A DNA stretch of 64,000 bases from an uncultured Clostridia bacterium (GCA_934141555.1 CAKPCK010000003.1:6510-70509); one strand, 5' to 3'. Counted from the first letter of the stretch, positions 36,245 to 44,868 are shown. The notes: generated by a model from the sequence alone, not told the origin. Numbers and translations: made by a program.

Positions 36245-36981
36245 TGCCAAGATTCTTTGTAAAAACAAATCAAATAAATAATGATAATATAGATATAATT
36301 GGAGAAGATGTAAAACATATAAAAAATGTATTAAGAAAGCAAATTGGAGATAAAATAGAAGTCTGTAATCAAGATACAGGAGATTCATATAAATGTGAAA
36401 TTGAAAATTTTTCAGAAGATGAGATAAAAACAAATATTATAGAAAAATTAACAAATATTCAAGAAAGAGTAAAAGTAGATATATATCAAGGATTACCAAA
36501 ATCAGATAAAATGGAATTAATAATTCAAAAATCTGTAGAACTTGGTGCAAATGCAATAATACCAGTAAATATGAAAAGATGTGTAGTAAAACTAGAAGGA
36601 AAAGATGAATCAAAGAAAATAGATAGATGGCAAAAAATAGCCGAAAGTGCAGCAAAACAATGTGGTAGAAGTTTTATTCCAGAAGTAAAACATTTAGCAA
36701 ATGTTAAAGATATTTGTAATTTAATAAATGAATATGATGCAATAATAGTTGCATATGAAAATGAAAAAGATAATACACTAAAATCAGAACTTAAAAAATT
36801 AAACTCAGAAAATTTAAAGATAGGGATAGTAATTGGACCAGAAGGTGGATTTGAAGAAAGTGATGTAAACATATTAAGAGAAAATGGAGCAAGAATTGTT
36901 ACATTAGGAAATAGAATATTAAGAACAGAAACAGTAGCATTAAATGTATTAAGTATTGTAATGTATGAATTCGAACAATAA
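36244..36981 (+). CDS. rsmE: 16S rRNA (uracil1498-N3)-methyltransferase
   Basis: MPRFFV N-terminus, GPEGGF...E motif, LGNRILRTETV. Confidence 0.85.
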   Translation: MPRFFVKTNQINNDNIDIIGEDVKHIKNVLRKQIGDKIEVCNQDTGDSYKCEIENFSEDEIKTNIIEKLTNIQERVKVDIYQGLPKSDKMELIIQKSVELGANAIIPVNMKRCVVKLEGKDESKKIDRWQKIAESAAKQCGRSFIPEVKHLANVKDICNLINEYDAIIVAYENEKDNTLKSELKKLNSENLKIGIVIGPEGGFEESDVNILRENGARIVTLGNRILRTETVALNVLSIVMYEFEQ

Positions 36982-37092
36982 ATAAGGCACATTTTCAAAA
37001 ATACAAAGAAAAAGCTTGACTTTTATATGGTAGAGGGTGTAAAATAATAATATTGAAAATTATGTTAAGAATTATTAGAAGGGAGAAATAAT

Positions 37093-37659
37093 ATGGCAGG
37101 AGTATACATGGCAGGAGATTTTAGAAATGGAACAACATTTGAAATGGACGGAGGAGTATTCAGAGTAGTTGAATTCCAACACGTAAAACCAGGAAAAGGA
37201 GCTGCATTTGTTAGAACAAAATTAAAAAATGTAATAACAGGAGCAGTTTTAGAAAAAACATTTAACCCATCAGACAAATATCCAGGAGCTGAAATTGAAA
37301 AGAAAACAATGCAATATTTATACAATGATGGAGACTTATACTATTTTATGGATAATGACACATATGATCAAATGCCACTAAATAAAGCAGATTTAGGAGA
37401 TTGTTTAAAATATTTAAAAGAAAACATGGAAGTAACAATTCTTTCATTTAAAGGAAAAGTATTTGCTGTTGAACCACCAATATTTGTTGAATTAGAAGTT
37501 ATATATACAGAACCAGGATTTGCTGGAAACACAACAACAACATCTGGAAAACCAGCAAAATTGGAAACAGGACTAGAATTACAAGTTCCTATGTTTGTAA
37601 ACATTGGTGATGTTTTAAGAATTGATACAAGAACATGTGAATATATGGAAAGAGTATAG
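37093..37659 (+). CDS. efp: elongation factor P
   Basis: [39 protein letters not shown]; 188 aa. Confidence 0.95.
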   Translation: MAGVYMAGDFRNGTTFEMDGGVFRVVEFQHVKPGKGAAFVRTKLKNVITGAVLEKTFNPSDKYPGAEIEKKTMQYLYNDGDLYYFMDNDTYDQMPLNKADLGDCLKYLKENMEVTILSFKGKVFAVEPPIFVELEVIYTEPGFAGNTTTTSGKPAKLETGLELQVPMFVNIGDVLRIDTRTCEYMERV

Positions 37660-37672
37660 AATAAAATTGAAA

Positions 37673-37707
37673 AGGCTAGTCTATTATAACAAAAGACCAG
37701 TCTTTTT
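37673..37707 (+). terminator. intrinsic terminator after efp
   Basis: aggctagtct / agaccagtct stem (with wobbles) followed by ttttt. Confidence 0.6.
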
Positions 37708-37729
37708 GTTCGAAAGAGAGGTGAATAAA

Positions 37730-37906
37730 ATGTCAGAAAAAGAATTAATAGAAAAAATAGAAAAATTAGAAAAAAGAGTTGAAGAACTTGAAAAAGACAT
37801 GGCAACAGTAAAAGAAGATATGTATGTATTTACAGAAGATGAATTAGAGGATGAAGAAAATAGTAATTGCACAGGTTGTTGTTCTAGTTGTGGAGGATGT
37901 GAATAG
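37730..37906 (+). CDS. 58-aa acidic peptide with Cys-rich C-terminal tail (NCTGCCSSCGGCE)
   Basis: AGAGAGGTG RBS 7 nt before the ATG. Heptad-like E/K-rich N-terminal part, 5 Cys in the last 13 residues, host-like composition. Confidence 0.55.
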   Translation: MSEKELIEKIEKLEKRVEELEKDMATVKEDMYVFTEDELEDEENSNCTGCCSSCGGCE

Positions 37907-37936
37907 TTAAAATTTAGTAAAAATGTGACTATTTTA

Positions 37937-37965
37937 TTGACGATTATGTAAATCAGTGCTATAAT
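37937..37965 (+). promoter_or_regulatory. consensus promoter of the 93-aa GC-rich cassette
   Basis: TTGACG 37937-37942, 17-nt spacer, TGcTATAAT 37957-37965. Confidence 0.6.
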
Positions 37966-38010
37966 AATAATATCGAAATTCATTTGATAGGTTCTTAAGG
38001 AGGAACTGTA

Positions 38011-38292
38011 ATGAGAATTACCACGTATGAACGCACCAAGTATGTTGAGGTTGACCCTGATCCGAAAAATGACAATATTATGAAAGGAATTGCCATTTGT
38101 GGCCCTGGTCGTGACCAGCGGAGGTATTATGCAGTCAACCCTCAGCATAATGAGGTAGGGCTTCAGCTTAAAGAGCTTGAAGAGGCTTTGAAAATTTTGG
38201 AGCTCTTTGACAAGGAAGGTTACAGGTATGTCATTGATACGATGCTCCCTGCCACGATTAAGGCAATCGGGCAGATCAATGCTTGCTCCTAA
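38011..38292 (+). CDS. hypothetical protein (93 aa), strongly GC-elevated
   Basis: AAGGAGG RBS. 34 of 60 G+C by hand count in line 38101-38160, against 17 of 60 in the efp line 37441-37500. No recognisable domain. Confidence 0.6.
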   Translation: MRITTYERTKYVEVDPDPKNDNIMKGIAICGPGRDQRRYYAVNPQHNEVGLQLKELEEALKILELFDKEGYRYVIDTMLPATIKAIGQINACS

Positions 38293-38302
38293 CTGAGAAC
38301 GG

Positions 38303-38332
38303 CGTCGCTGGTTTTATACCAGCGACGTTTTC
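38303..38332 (+). terminator. intrinsic terminator of the 93-aa cassette
   Basis: cgtcgctgg / ccagcgacg GC-rich stem followed by tttt. Confidence 0.85.
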
Positions 38333-38358
38333 ATGAAAAATGCAAAAGAGGAAGAATT

Positions 38359-38658
38359 ATGGTTTTCACAACAGAAAAGAAGTATACAGAATACCAATTT
38401 ATTGCTGAAAATGGAAAAATAGTAAAGATCATAGTACAAATTCCAAATCCTGAAAACGGAACAATCAAAGAAAAGGAATATTTGGTAAATAGCCAAACAT
38501 TAGAAAACGCAGAAGTAAGGCGAATTTGTTATAAAGCATTTAAAAGGTTATGGAGTGTAAAAAATTTATTATTTTTGCAAATAGAAAAAACAATAAAAGA
38601 TACTCAGCCAGACTTATATAAAATTGTATATGATGCTGGGAGAAAACGTAGAGAATAA
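38359..38658 (+). CDS. hypothetical protein (99 aa)
   Basis: GAGGAAG RBS; no recognisable domain; basic C-terminus. Confidence 0.5.
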   Translation: MVFTTEKKYTEYQFIAENGKIVKIIVQIPNPENGTIKEKEYLVNSQTLENAEVRRICYKAFKRLWSVKNLLFLQIEKTIKDTQPDLYKIVYDAGRKRRE

Positions 38659-38661
38659 GTG

Positions 38662-38705
38662 AAAAAAACAAGTGAAGTTTGCAATTTAACTTCACTTGTT
38701 TTTTA
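38662..38705 (+). terminator. intrinsic terminator
   Basis: caagtgaagtt / aacttcacttg stem followed by T6. Confidence 0.85.
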
Positions 38706-38819
38706 GATTTTTTTGACTTTTAATTGATTTTACATAAAATACATGATATAATAACACATATTTATGGCAAATTGCCATATTTTGTATCTTTACACCTATT
38801 AATTCAGGAGGTAAAAGTT

Positions 38820-39458
38820 ATGTGCAAAGAGCAAAATGTTTTGAATTATTATGTTCTATGTAATAAGCTAAAAAATGTAATTAGAACTGGATGGAAAGAT
38901 TGGAAAGTAAAAAGAGAAAGGATTGAAAGTGTAGCAGAACATATTTATGGTGTTCAAATGCTTGCAATTGCAATGAAATCAGAATATCAGTATGATATTG
39001 ATATGCAAAAAGTAATTTTTATGTTGGCAATTCATGAGTTGGGAGAAACAGTTATTGGAGATTTAACCCAATTCCAAATTCCAAGAGAAGAAAAAGAAAG
39101 AATTGAGCATGAAGCTGTTCACAAAATTTTGAGTGGATTAATTGATGGAGAACAGATTGAAAGAATTTTTCTTGAATTTGATGCACATAAAACAGCAGAA
39201 GCAAAATTTGCATATATGTGTGACAAATTGGAATGTGATTTACAATGCAAATTGTATGACGAAGAAGGCTGTGTTGACTTAAACGATCAAGAGGATAATG
39301 AGACAGCAGCTAATTCTCATGTAAAAGCATTATTGGAGTCTGAAAAAACATGGTCTGGTATGTGGCTTAAATTCGGACAGGAAAAGTATCCGTATGACGA
39401 AAACTTTATGGCAGTTTCAAAATATGCTATGAAAAATACCTTAAGTACTAGTAAATAA
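38820..39458 (+). CDS. HD-domain hydrolase, YfbR/HDDC2-like 5'-deoxynucleotidase family
   Basis: RTGW...ESVAEH...HELGETVIGDL...CDKLE pattern of the HD_3 family. Start at ATG 38820 after AGGAGG. Confidence 0.7.
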   Translation: MCKEQNVLNYYVLCNKLKNVIRTGWKDWKVKRERIESVAEHIYGVQMLAIAMKSEYQYDIDMQKVIFMLAIHELGETVIGDLTQFQIPREEKERIEHEAVHKILSGLIDGEQIERIFLEFDAHKTAEAKFAYMCDKLECDLQCKLYDEEGCVDLNDQEDNETAANSHVKALLESEKTWSGMWLKFGQEKYPYDENFMAVSKYAMKNTLSTSK

Positions 39459-39477
39459 TAGTAAAAGGAGAATGTCA

Positions 39478-39744
39478 ATGGAAAAGTATATTGGTATTTT
39501 AAAAATTGAAATTCATAGTTTTAGTGGAGTTCTTCAAAGAATTGTAACTAGGTTTTCAAATGAAAAATCATATTTGGAAAAATGGCAGAAAATGTATCCT
39601 GAAAGTAAATTGCTAATTCTTCAGAATACAGAAGAACTTGAAAAGTTCTTTGAATCTTTTGAAGACTATATACCTGTTACGAAACAGGAGTATGAAGAAA
39701 CACAAAGAGTACAAAAGTTGTATGAAGAATTGATGCAAGAATAA
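39478..39744 (+). CDS. hypothetical protein (88 aa)
   Basis: AAGGAG RBS about 8 nt upstream; acidic; no recognisable domain. An alternative ATG lies at 39472. Confidence 0.5.
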   Translation: MEKYIGILKIEIHSFSGVLQRIVTRFSNEKSYLEKWQKMYPESKLLILQNTEELEKFFESFEDYIPVTKQEYEETQRVQKLYEELMQE

Positions 39745-39748
39745 CTAA

Positions 39749-39796
39749 AAAGTCCTAAATAATATTCATATTGAATATCATTTAGGGCTTTTTATT
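39749..39796 (+). terminator. intrinsic terminator
   Basis: agtcctaaataatattca / tgaatatcatttagggct long stem followed by a T-run. Confidence 0.8.
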
Positions 39797-39862
39797 GTAT
39801 TTATATAAAATATATGCTAAAATAAAAAAATCAAGATTACAAGATTAAAAGGAGAAGTTGAG

Positions 39863-40264
39863 ATGACTGACAAAGAAATTGTATATAATAGCTTAATTCC
39901 AGAATTAAGTGTGTCAAATATAGAGAAAAGTAAAGAATTTTATTTAGAGTTAGGATTTGAAATAAAATATGAAAGAACAGAAGATAAATTTTGCTTTTTA
40001 CAATTAGAAGGAAATCAAATAATGATAGAAGAAAATAATGATAATTGGAATACTGGAAAAATGGAATATCCATATGGAAGAGGAATTAATTTAAGTATGG
40101 CAGTCTCAAACGTAGAAAAAATGTATAATAGATTAAAAGAAAAAAATATTAAGTTTTTTCTAGATCTAGAAATTCATGAATATAGAATTGATGATGAAAT
40201 TTCTTATGACAAAGAATTTTTAATTCAAGATCCAGATGGATATTTATTAAGATTTAACAATTAA
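39863..40264 (+). CDS. VOC (glyoxalase/bleomycin-resistance) family protein
   Basis: Bleomycin-resistance-like pattern: IPELSVSNIEKSKEFY..LGFE ... FLIQDPDGYLLRF. Confidence 0.7.
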   Translation: MTDKEIVYNSLIPELSVSNIEKSKEFYLELGFEIKYERTEDKFCFLQLEGNQIMIEENNDNWNTGKMEYPYGRGINLSMAVSNVEKMYNRLKEKNIKFFLDLEIHEYRIDDEISYDKEFLIQDPDGYLLRFNN

Positions 40265-40266
40265 AG

Positions 40267-40297
40267 ATAACTACTTGAAATAGAGTAGTTATTTTTG
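40267..40297 (+). terminator. intrinsic terminator
   Basis: ataactac / gtagttat stem followed by tttt. Confidence 0.7.
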
Positions 40298-40328
40298 TAT
40301 AATTATATTGAATTTAGGAGGAATAAAA

Positions 40329-40940
40329 ATGAAAGTATTATTTGCAACAACAAATCCTGCAAAAATAAAAAAATATGCGGACAAACTAAAGGAAAAAGAT
40401 ATAGAAATATTAACAATTAAAGACCTAGGAATAAATTTAAAACCTGAAGAAACAGGAAAAAATGCAATAGAAAATGCTTATATAAAGGCAAAAGCATATT
40501 ATGATAAAACTAAAGTTGTAAGTATAGGAATGGATAATAATTTATATATTGAAGGATTACCAGAAGAAAAACAACCTGGAACACATGTAAGAAGAATAAA
40601 TGGAAAAGAATTAAATGATGAAGAAATGATTGAATATTACAGTAAATTAGTAAATGAATATGGTGGAAGATTGACTGCTAAATGGGTATATGGAATGGTA
40701 ATATATAATGGAAAAGAAACAAATGAATATAGTTGGAGTAAAGGTCATTTTTATTTTATAGATAAACCTTGTGAAAAAAGAAATCCGGGGTATCCACTAG
40801 ATTCAATATCAATAATGCCAGAATGTAATAAGTATTTTGTAGATTTAACAGAAGAAGATAAAAATAAAAATCAAAAAGATTATAATGAAGATGATGTTAT
40901 TGACTTTATAGTAAGAGCTATAAGAAAAGAGAATAAATAA
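40329..40940 (+). CDS. divergent Ham1/ITPase-like non-canonical NTP pyrophosphatase
   Basis: ATTNPAKIKKY and PEETGKNAIENAYIKAKAYY match the Ham1 N-terminal motifs. The usual DDSGL is replaced by GMDNNL. Confidence 0.55.
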   Translation: MKVLFATTNPAKIKKYADKLKEKDIEILTIKDLGINLKPEETGKNAIENAYIKAKAYYDKTKVVSIGMDNNLYIEGLPEEKQPGTHVRRINGKELNDEEMIEYYSKLVNEYGGRLTAKWVYGMVIYNGKETNEYSWSKGHFYFIDKPCEKRNPGYPLDSISIMPECNKYFVDLTEEDKNKNQKDYNEDDVIDFIVRAIRKENK

Positions 40941-41065
40941 TGACATTATTTTTATATGCATTATATAGTTTTGTTTTCTCATTAATAGTTTCAATTATAT
41001 TGGCGATAATTACATTTTATGGAATAGTATTTGCAACATGGATTGTGCTACAAGATGGAAGATAG
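40940..41065 (+). CDS. 41-aa hydrophobic peptide, start overlaps the Ham1-like stop (TAATG)
   Basis: MTLFLYALYSFVFSLIVSIILAIITFYGIVFATWIVLQDGR. Two hydrophobic stretches. Below the ORF-track size cutoff and found by manual translation. Confidence 0.35.
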   Translation: MTLFLYALYSFVFSLIVSIILAIITFYGIVFATWIVLQDGR

Positions 41066-41099
41066 ATAAAGAAAATAAGTTTTGAAAGGAGTTGGTATA

Positions 41100-42092
41100 A
41101 TGGATAATAAATTAAATGAGAAAAATAATTTTATAATTTATACAACAGATGATGGACAAGTTGATATTGAAGTAAGATTAGAAGATGAAAATGTGTGGCT
41201 TACACAAAATTCAATGGCTGAATTATTTGATACTACGAAACAAAATATAAGTCTACATATAAAGAATATATTTGAAGAAAAAGAATTAGAAGAAAATTCA
41301 GTTGTCAAGGAATGCTTGACAACTGCTAAAGATGGAAAAAATTATAAAACGAAATTTTATAATTTAGATTTAATTATATCAGTAGGATATAGAGTAAAAT
41401 CGATTCGAGGTACGCAATTTAGGATATGGGCTAATAAATTGATAAAAGAATATTTAATAAAAGGATATAATCTTAATGTTGAAAGATTCAAGAACAATGG
41501 GGGAGGACCATATTTTGAAGAGGTTTTAGAAAAAATTAGAGATATTCGTTCATCTGAAAAAGTATTTTGGAGAAAAATATTAGATATTTACGCTACTAGT
41601 GTAGATTATGATGCCAAAAATGAACAAACGAGAGAATTTTTCAGAACAGTTCAAAACAAAATGCATTATGCTGTTCATGGTAATACAGCAGCAGAAGTAA
41701 TATTTAATAGAGTTGATAGTGAGAAAGAAAATATCGGGTTAACAAATTTTAAAGGAAGTATGCCTACAAGAGCAGAAACAGAAATTGCCAAAAATTATTT
41801 GAATGAAAAAGAATTGAATTTATTGAATAGAATGGTATCAGCATATTTAGATGTTGCAGAGATTAATGCTTTAAATATGCATGCTATGACAATGAAAGAA
41901 TGGGTAAATGAATTAAATGGATTTTTAACAATGACGCATAAAGATATATTAGAAGGAGCAGGAACAATATCACATGAAAAAGCATTAGCAAAAGCTCATG
42001 AAGAATATGACAAATATATGAGAAATCATTTAACACAAGCTGAAAAAGATTATTTAGAAATAATGAATGAAGATATAAAAAAATTAAAATAG
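41100..42092 (+). CDS. RhuM family (virulence-associated) protein
   Basis: IYTTDDGQVDIEVRLEDENVWLTQNSMAELFDTTKQNISLHIKNIFEE and YNLDLIISVGYRVKS are characteristic of RhuM. Confidence 0.75.
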   Translation: MDNKLNEKNNFIIYTTDDGQVDIEVRLEDENVWLTQNSMAELFDTTKQNISLHIKNIFEEKELEENSVVKECLTTAKDGKNYKTKFYNLDLIISVGYRVKSIRGTQFRIWANKLIKEYLIKGYNLNVERFKNNGGGPYFEEVLEKIRDIRSSEKVFWRKILDIYATSVDYDAKNEQTREFFRTVQNKMHYAVHGNTAAEVIFNRVDSEKENIGLTNFKGSMPTRAETEIAKNYLNEKELNLLNRMVSAYLDVAEINALNMHAMTMKEWVNELNGFLTMTHKDILEGAGTISHEKALAKAHEEYDKYMRNHLTQAEKDYLEIMNEDIKKLK

Positions 42093-42118
42093 AATCTTAT
42101 TAATATGTATTTTGATGA

Positions 42119-42161
42119 AAGTTGTAGAAGGCGAAAATGCTTTTTACGACTTTATTTTTTT
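42119..42161 (+). terminator. intrinsic terminator after rhuM
   Basis: aagttgtagaaggc / gctttttacgactt stem (G-U wobbles) followed by T7. Confidence 0.65.
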
Positions 42162-42239
42162 GAGAAAAGAGTCATACTTGTTTTCAAATTTTGTAACTTT
42201 AAATAATTTATCAACATAAAATATACAAGGAGGGTTAAT

Positions 42240-43007
42240 ATGAAAAATATATTAGAAGTAAAAAATATATGTAAAACCTATCAAGCAAAGAATGGAGAAA
42301 TAGAGGCACTAAAAGATATAAATTTTAAAATAGAAGAAGGGGAATATGTAAGTATAATTGGACCAAGTGGATGTGGAAAATCAACATTGTTATCAATAAT
42401 AGCAGGGCTAGAAAATAAAACATCTGGAACTACATATATAAATGGTAAAATAGGATATATGCTTCAAAAAGACAATTTGTTAGAATGGAGAACTGTATTA
42501 AATAATGTATTTTTAGGATTAGAAATTCAAAGAAGTAATACGCCAGAAAATAAAAAATATGTAATTGAGTTACTAAAAAAATATGGATTATATGAGTTCA
42601 AAGATAAATATCCAAACCAATTATCAGGTGGAATGAGGCAAAGAGTTGCATTAATAAGAACCCTTGCGATTAAACCAAAGATATTATTATTAGATGAAGC
42701 ATTTTCAGCATTAGATTATCAAACAAGATTGATGGTTACAGAAGATATTTATAAAATATTGAAAAATGAAGGGATTACAGCATTGATGGTAACACATGAT
42801 ATTTCAGAAGCTATTGCTATGTCTGACAAAATAATAGTATTAACACATAGACCAGCAAGAATAAAAGCAGTACATGAAATAGATTTTGAAATAAAAAATA
42901 GAACACCATTGAATTGCAGGCAAAGTCCCAAATTTAGTAAATATTTTGATATGATGTGGAACGAATTAAATGAGAAAGAAACAAAAGAAAAAAATAACAA
43001 AATATAA
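42240..43007 (+). CDS. ABC transporter ATP-binding protein (NitT/TauT, SsuB-like)
   Basis: GPSGCGKST, LSGGMRQRVALIRT, LLLDEAFSALD. Confidence 0.85.
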   Translation: MKNILEVKNICKTYQAKNGEIEALKDINFKIEEGEYVSIIGPSGCGKSTLLSIIAGLENKTSGTTYINGKIGYMLQKDNLLEWRTVLNNVFLGLEIQRSNTPENKKYVIELLKKYGLYEFKDKYPNQLSGGMRQRVALIRTLAIKPKILLLDEAFSALDYQTRLMVTEDIYKILKNEGITALMVTHDISEAIAMSDKIIVLTHRPARIKAVHEIDFEIKNRTPLNCRQSPKFSKYFDMMWNELNEKETKEKNNKI

Positions 43008-43024
43008 AGAGGTGAGCAAAAGAT

Positions 43025-43838
43025 ATGAAACAGAAAAATAATAATGAAAATATTTCTAAAGATAGAAAGAAATACATAAGAAAAATCAAAATAAGAAAAT
43101 TAGAAATTTTATTAACACAAATAACTATAATAATTGCTTTTATAGCCATTTGGGAGATTCTTGCCAATAAAGGAAAAATAGATAGTTTTATAATGAGTCA
43201 ACCATCAAGAATATTAAAAACATTCTTAAATTTAACATCGAATAATTTATTAGAGCACTTGAAAATAACAATAATAGAAACATTGCTAGGATTTTCAATA
43301 GGAGTAGTATTAGGATTTGTTATTGCAATAATTTTATGGTGGTCACCATTTATATCAAAAGTATCAGAACCATTTTTAGTTGTACTAAATAGTTTACCCA
43401 AAATTGCATTAGGTCCTGTAATTATAATTTGGGTAGGTGCCGGAATGTCGGCAATAATAACAGTTCGGAGTATCAATTTCATTAATTGTAACAGTTTTAG
43501 AATTATTGAATGGATTTATAGCAACAGATAAAGAGAAAATTAAAATGGCAAAAACATTTAATGCTAATAAATTACAGATATTAACTAAGATAGTTATACC
43601 ATCAAATATTCCAACATTTTTTAATACTTTAAAAGTAAATATAGGTCTAACACTTGTCGGAGTAATTTCAGGAGAATTCTTAGTCTCAAAAGGTGGTCTT
43701 GGATATTTGATTGTATATGGAGGGCAAGTATTTCAATTGGATTTAGTTATGACAAGTGTAATTATTCTTGCTTTTCTTGCAGCATTGATGTATGAAAGTA
43801 TAGTTATTATAGAAAAATTGGTGATTAAGTATAATTAG
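43025..43838 (+). pseudogene. ABC permease (SsuC/TauC-like) interrupted by a frameshift near 43458-43470
   Basis: ORF 43025..43531 turns into nonsense after ...GAGMSAIITV. The frame of ORF 43506..43838 read backwards gives (F)GVSISLIVTVLELLNGFIATDKE..., which is the expected continuation. Confidence 0.7.
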
Positions 43839-43857
43839 GAAAGGAATTAGATTAGGC

Positions 43858-44868
43858 ATGAAAAGAACAATTATGTATATTTTTATAGCTATAATAATTG
43901 TAGCATTAGTATTTTCAATAGGAATACTAAAAGAAAAAGATAATAATGAATCTAATTTAAAAACAATACAATTGAATGAAGTAACAAGGTCAGTATTTTA
44001 TGCACCTCAATATGTTGCAATAGCAAATGGATATTTTGAAGAACAAGGTTTAAAGTTAGAAATAACAACAGGTCAAGGGGCAGATAAAGTAATGACAGCG
44101 ATTTTAGCTGGTCAAAGTGATATTGGATTATGTGGACCAGAAGCGGCAATATATGTTTATAATGAGGGAAAAGAAGATTATGTAGAAGTATTTGCACAAT
44201 TAACTCAAAAAGATGGATCATTATTAGTAAGTAAAGAAAAAACAGATAATTTCAAATGGACAGATTTAATAGGAAAAACGATAATACCAGGGCGTAAGGG
44301 TGGAGTTCCATATATGACATTTGAATATGTTTTAAAGAAAAATGGAATAAATCCACAAACAGATGTAAACTTAGATGATAGTATAAAATTTGACTTAATG
44401 GCAGGAGCATTTACAGGAGGAAATGCAGAATATGTAACATTATTTGAACCAACAGCCTCAATGACACAAGATGCAGGAAAAGGATACATTGTTGCATCTG
44501 TTGGAGAAGCGGCAGGCGAAGTACCATATACAGCATATTGTGCTAAAAAAAGTTATATTGCTCAAAATTCAGATATAATAGAAGGATTTACAAAAGCTAT
44601 TTATAAAGGAGAACAATATGTTAAAGAACATACAGCACAAGAAATTGCAGAAAAGATACAAAATTATTTTCCAGATACAACATTAGAATCTTTAACAAAA
44701 TCTGTTCAAACATATAAAGATATTGAAGCTTGGAAAGAAAATCCTATTTTAAAAGAAGAAGCATTTGATAAATTACAAGAGATTATGACAATGGCTGGGG
44801 AATTAACTCAAAAAGCACCTTATGGAAAAATTGTAAATAATAGTTATGCAGAAAAGGTAATAAAATAA
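43858..44868 (+). CDS. ABC substrate-binding protein (NMT1/THI5-like, SsuA family)
   Basis: N-terminal TM/signal anchor; FYAPQYVA..GYF..GL pattern of NMT1-type binding proteins. Confidence 0.7.
   Translation: MKRTIMYIFIAIIIVALVFSIGILKEKDNNESNLKTIQLNEVTRSVFYAPQYVAIANGYFEEQGLKLEITTGQGADKVMTAILAGQSDIGLCGPEAAIYVYNEGKEDYVEVFAQLTQKDGSLLVSKEKTDNFKWTDLIGKTIIPGRKGGVPYMTFEYVLKKNGINPQTDVNLDDSIKFDLMAGAFTGGNAEYVTLFEPTASMTQDAGKGYIVASVGEAAGEVPYTAYCAKKSYIAQNSDIIEGFTKAIYKGEQYVKEHTAQEIAEKIQNYFPDTTLESLTKSVQTYKDIEAWKENPILKEEAFDKLQEIMTMAGELTQKAPYGKIVNNSYAEKVIK

Noticed and set aside
37730-37906. Identification of the Cys-rich peptide as a SCIFF (six-cysteines-in-forty-five) ranthipeptide precursor.
   Set aside because: It has 5 rather than 6 Cys, is 58 aa long, has a different Cys spacing, and has no adjacent radical SAM maturase. 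It is kept only as a generic Cys-rich peptide candidate.
37684-38148. A 154-aa minus-strand ORF spanning the Cys-rich peptide gene and the cassette promoter.
   Set aside because: It is low-complexity Ser/Leu/Ile-rich with no RBS, and it runs antisense through an intergenic promoter region. The + strand features explain the region better.
38000-42100. A prophage, ICE or transposon interpretation of the accessory regions (RhuM, ORF6N at 63535, holin-like membrane protein at 3313).
   Set aside because: The window has no integrase, recombinase, transposase, terminase, capsid or tail genes. I noticed no flanking direct repeats or tRNA-adjacent att site. The tRNA at 1777 is far from these genes.
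42093-42239. A TPP (THI-box) riboswitch upstream of the NMT1/THI5-like ABC operon.
   Set aside because: Only an isolated TGAGA is present. There is no GGGGTGC..CTGAGA..ACCC..core, and most of the spacer is the rhuM terminator.
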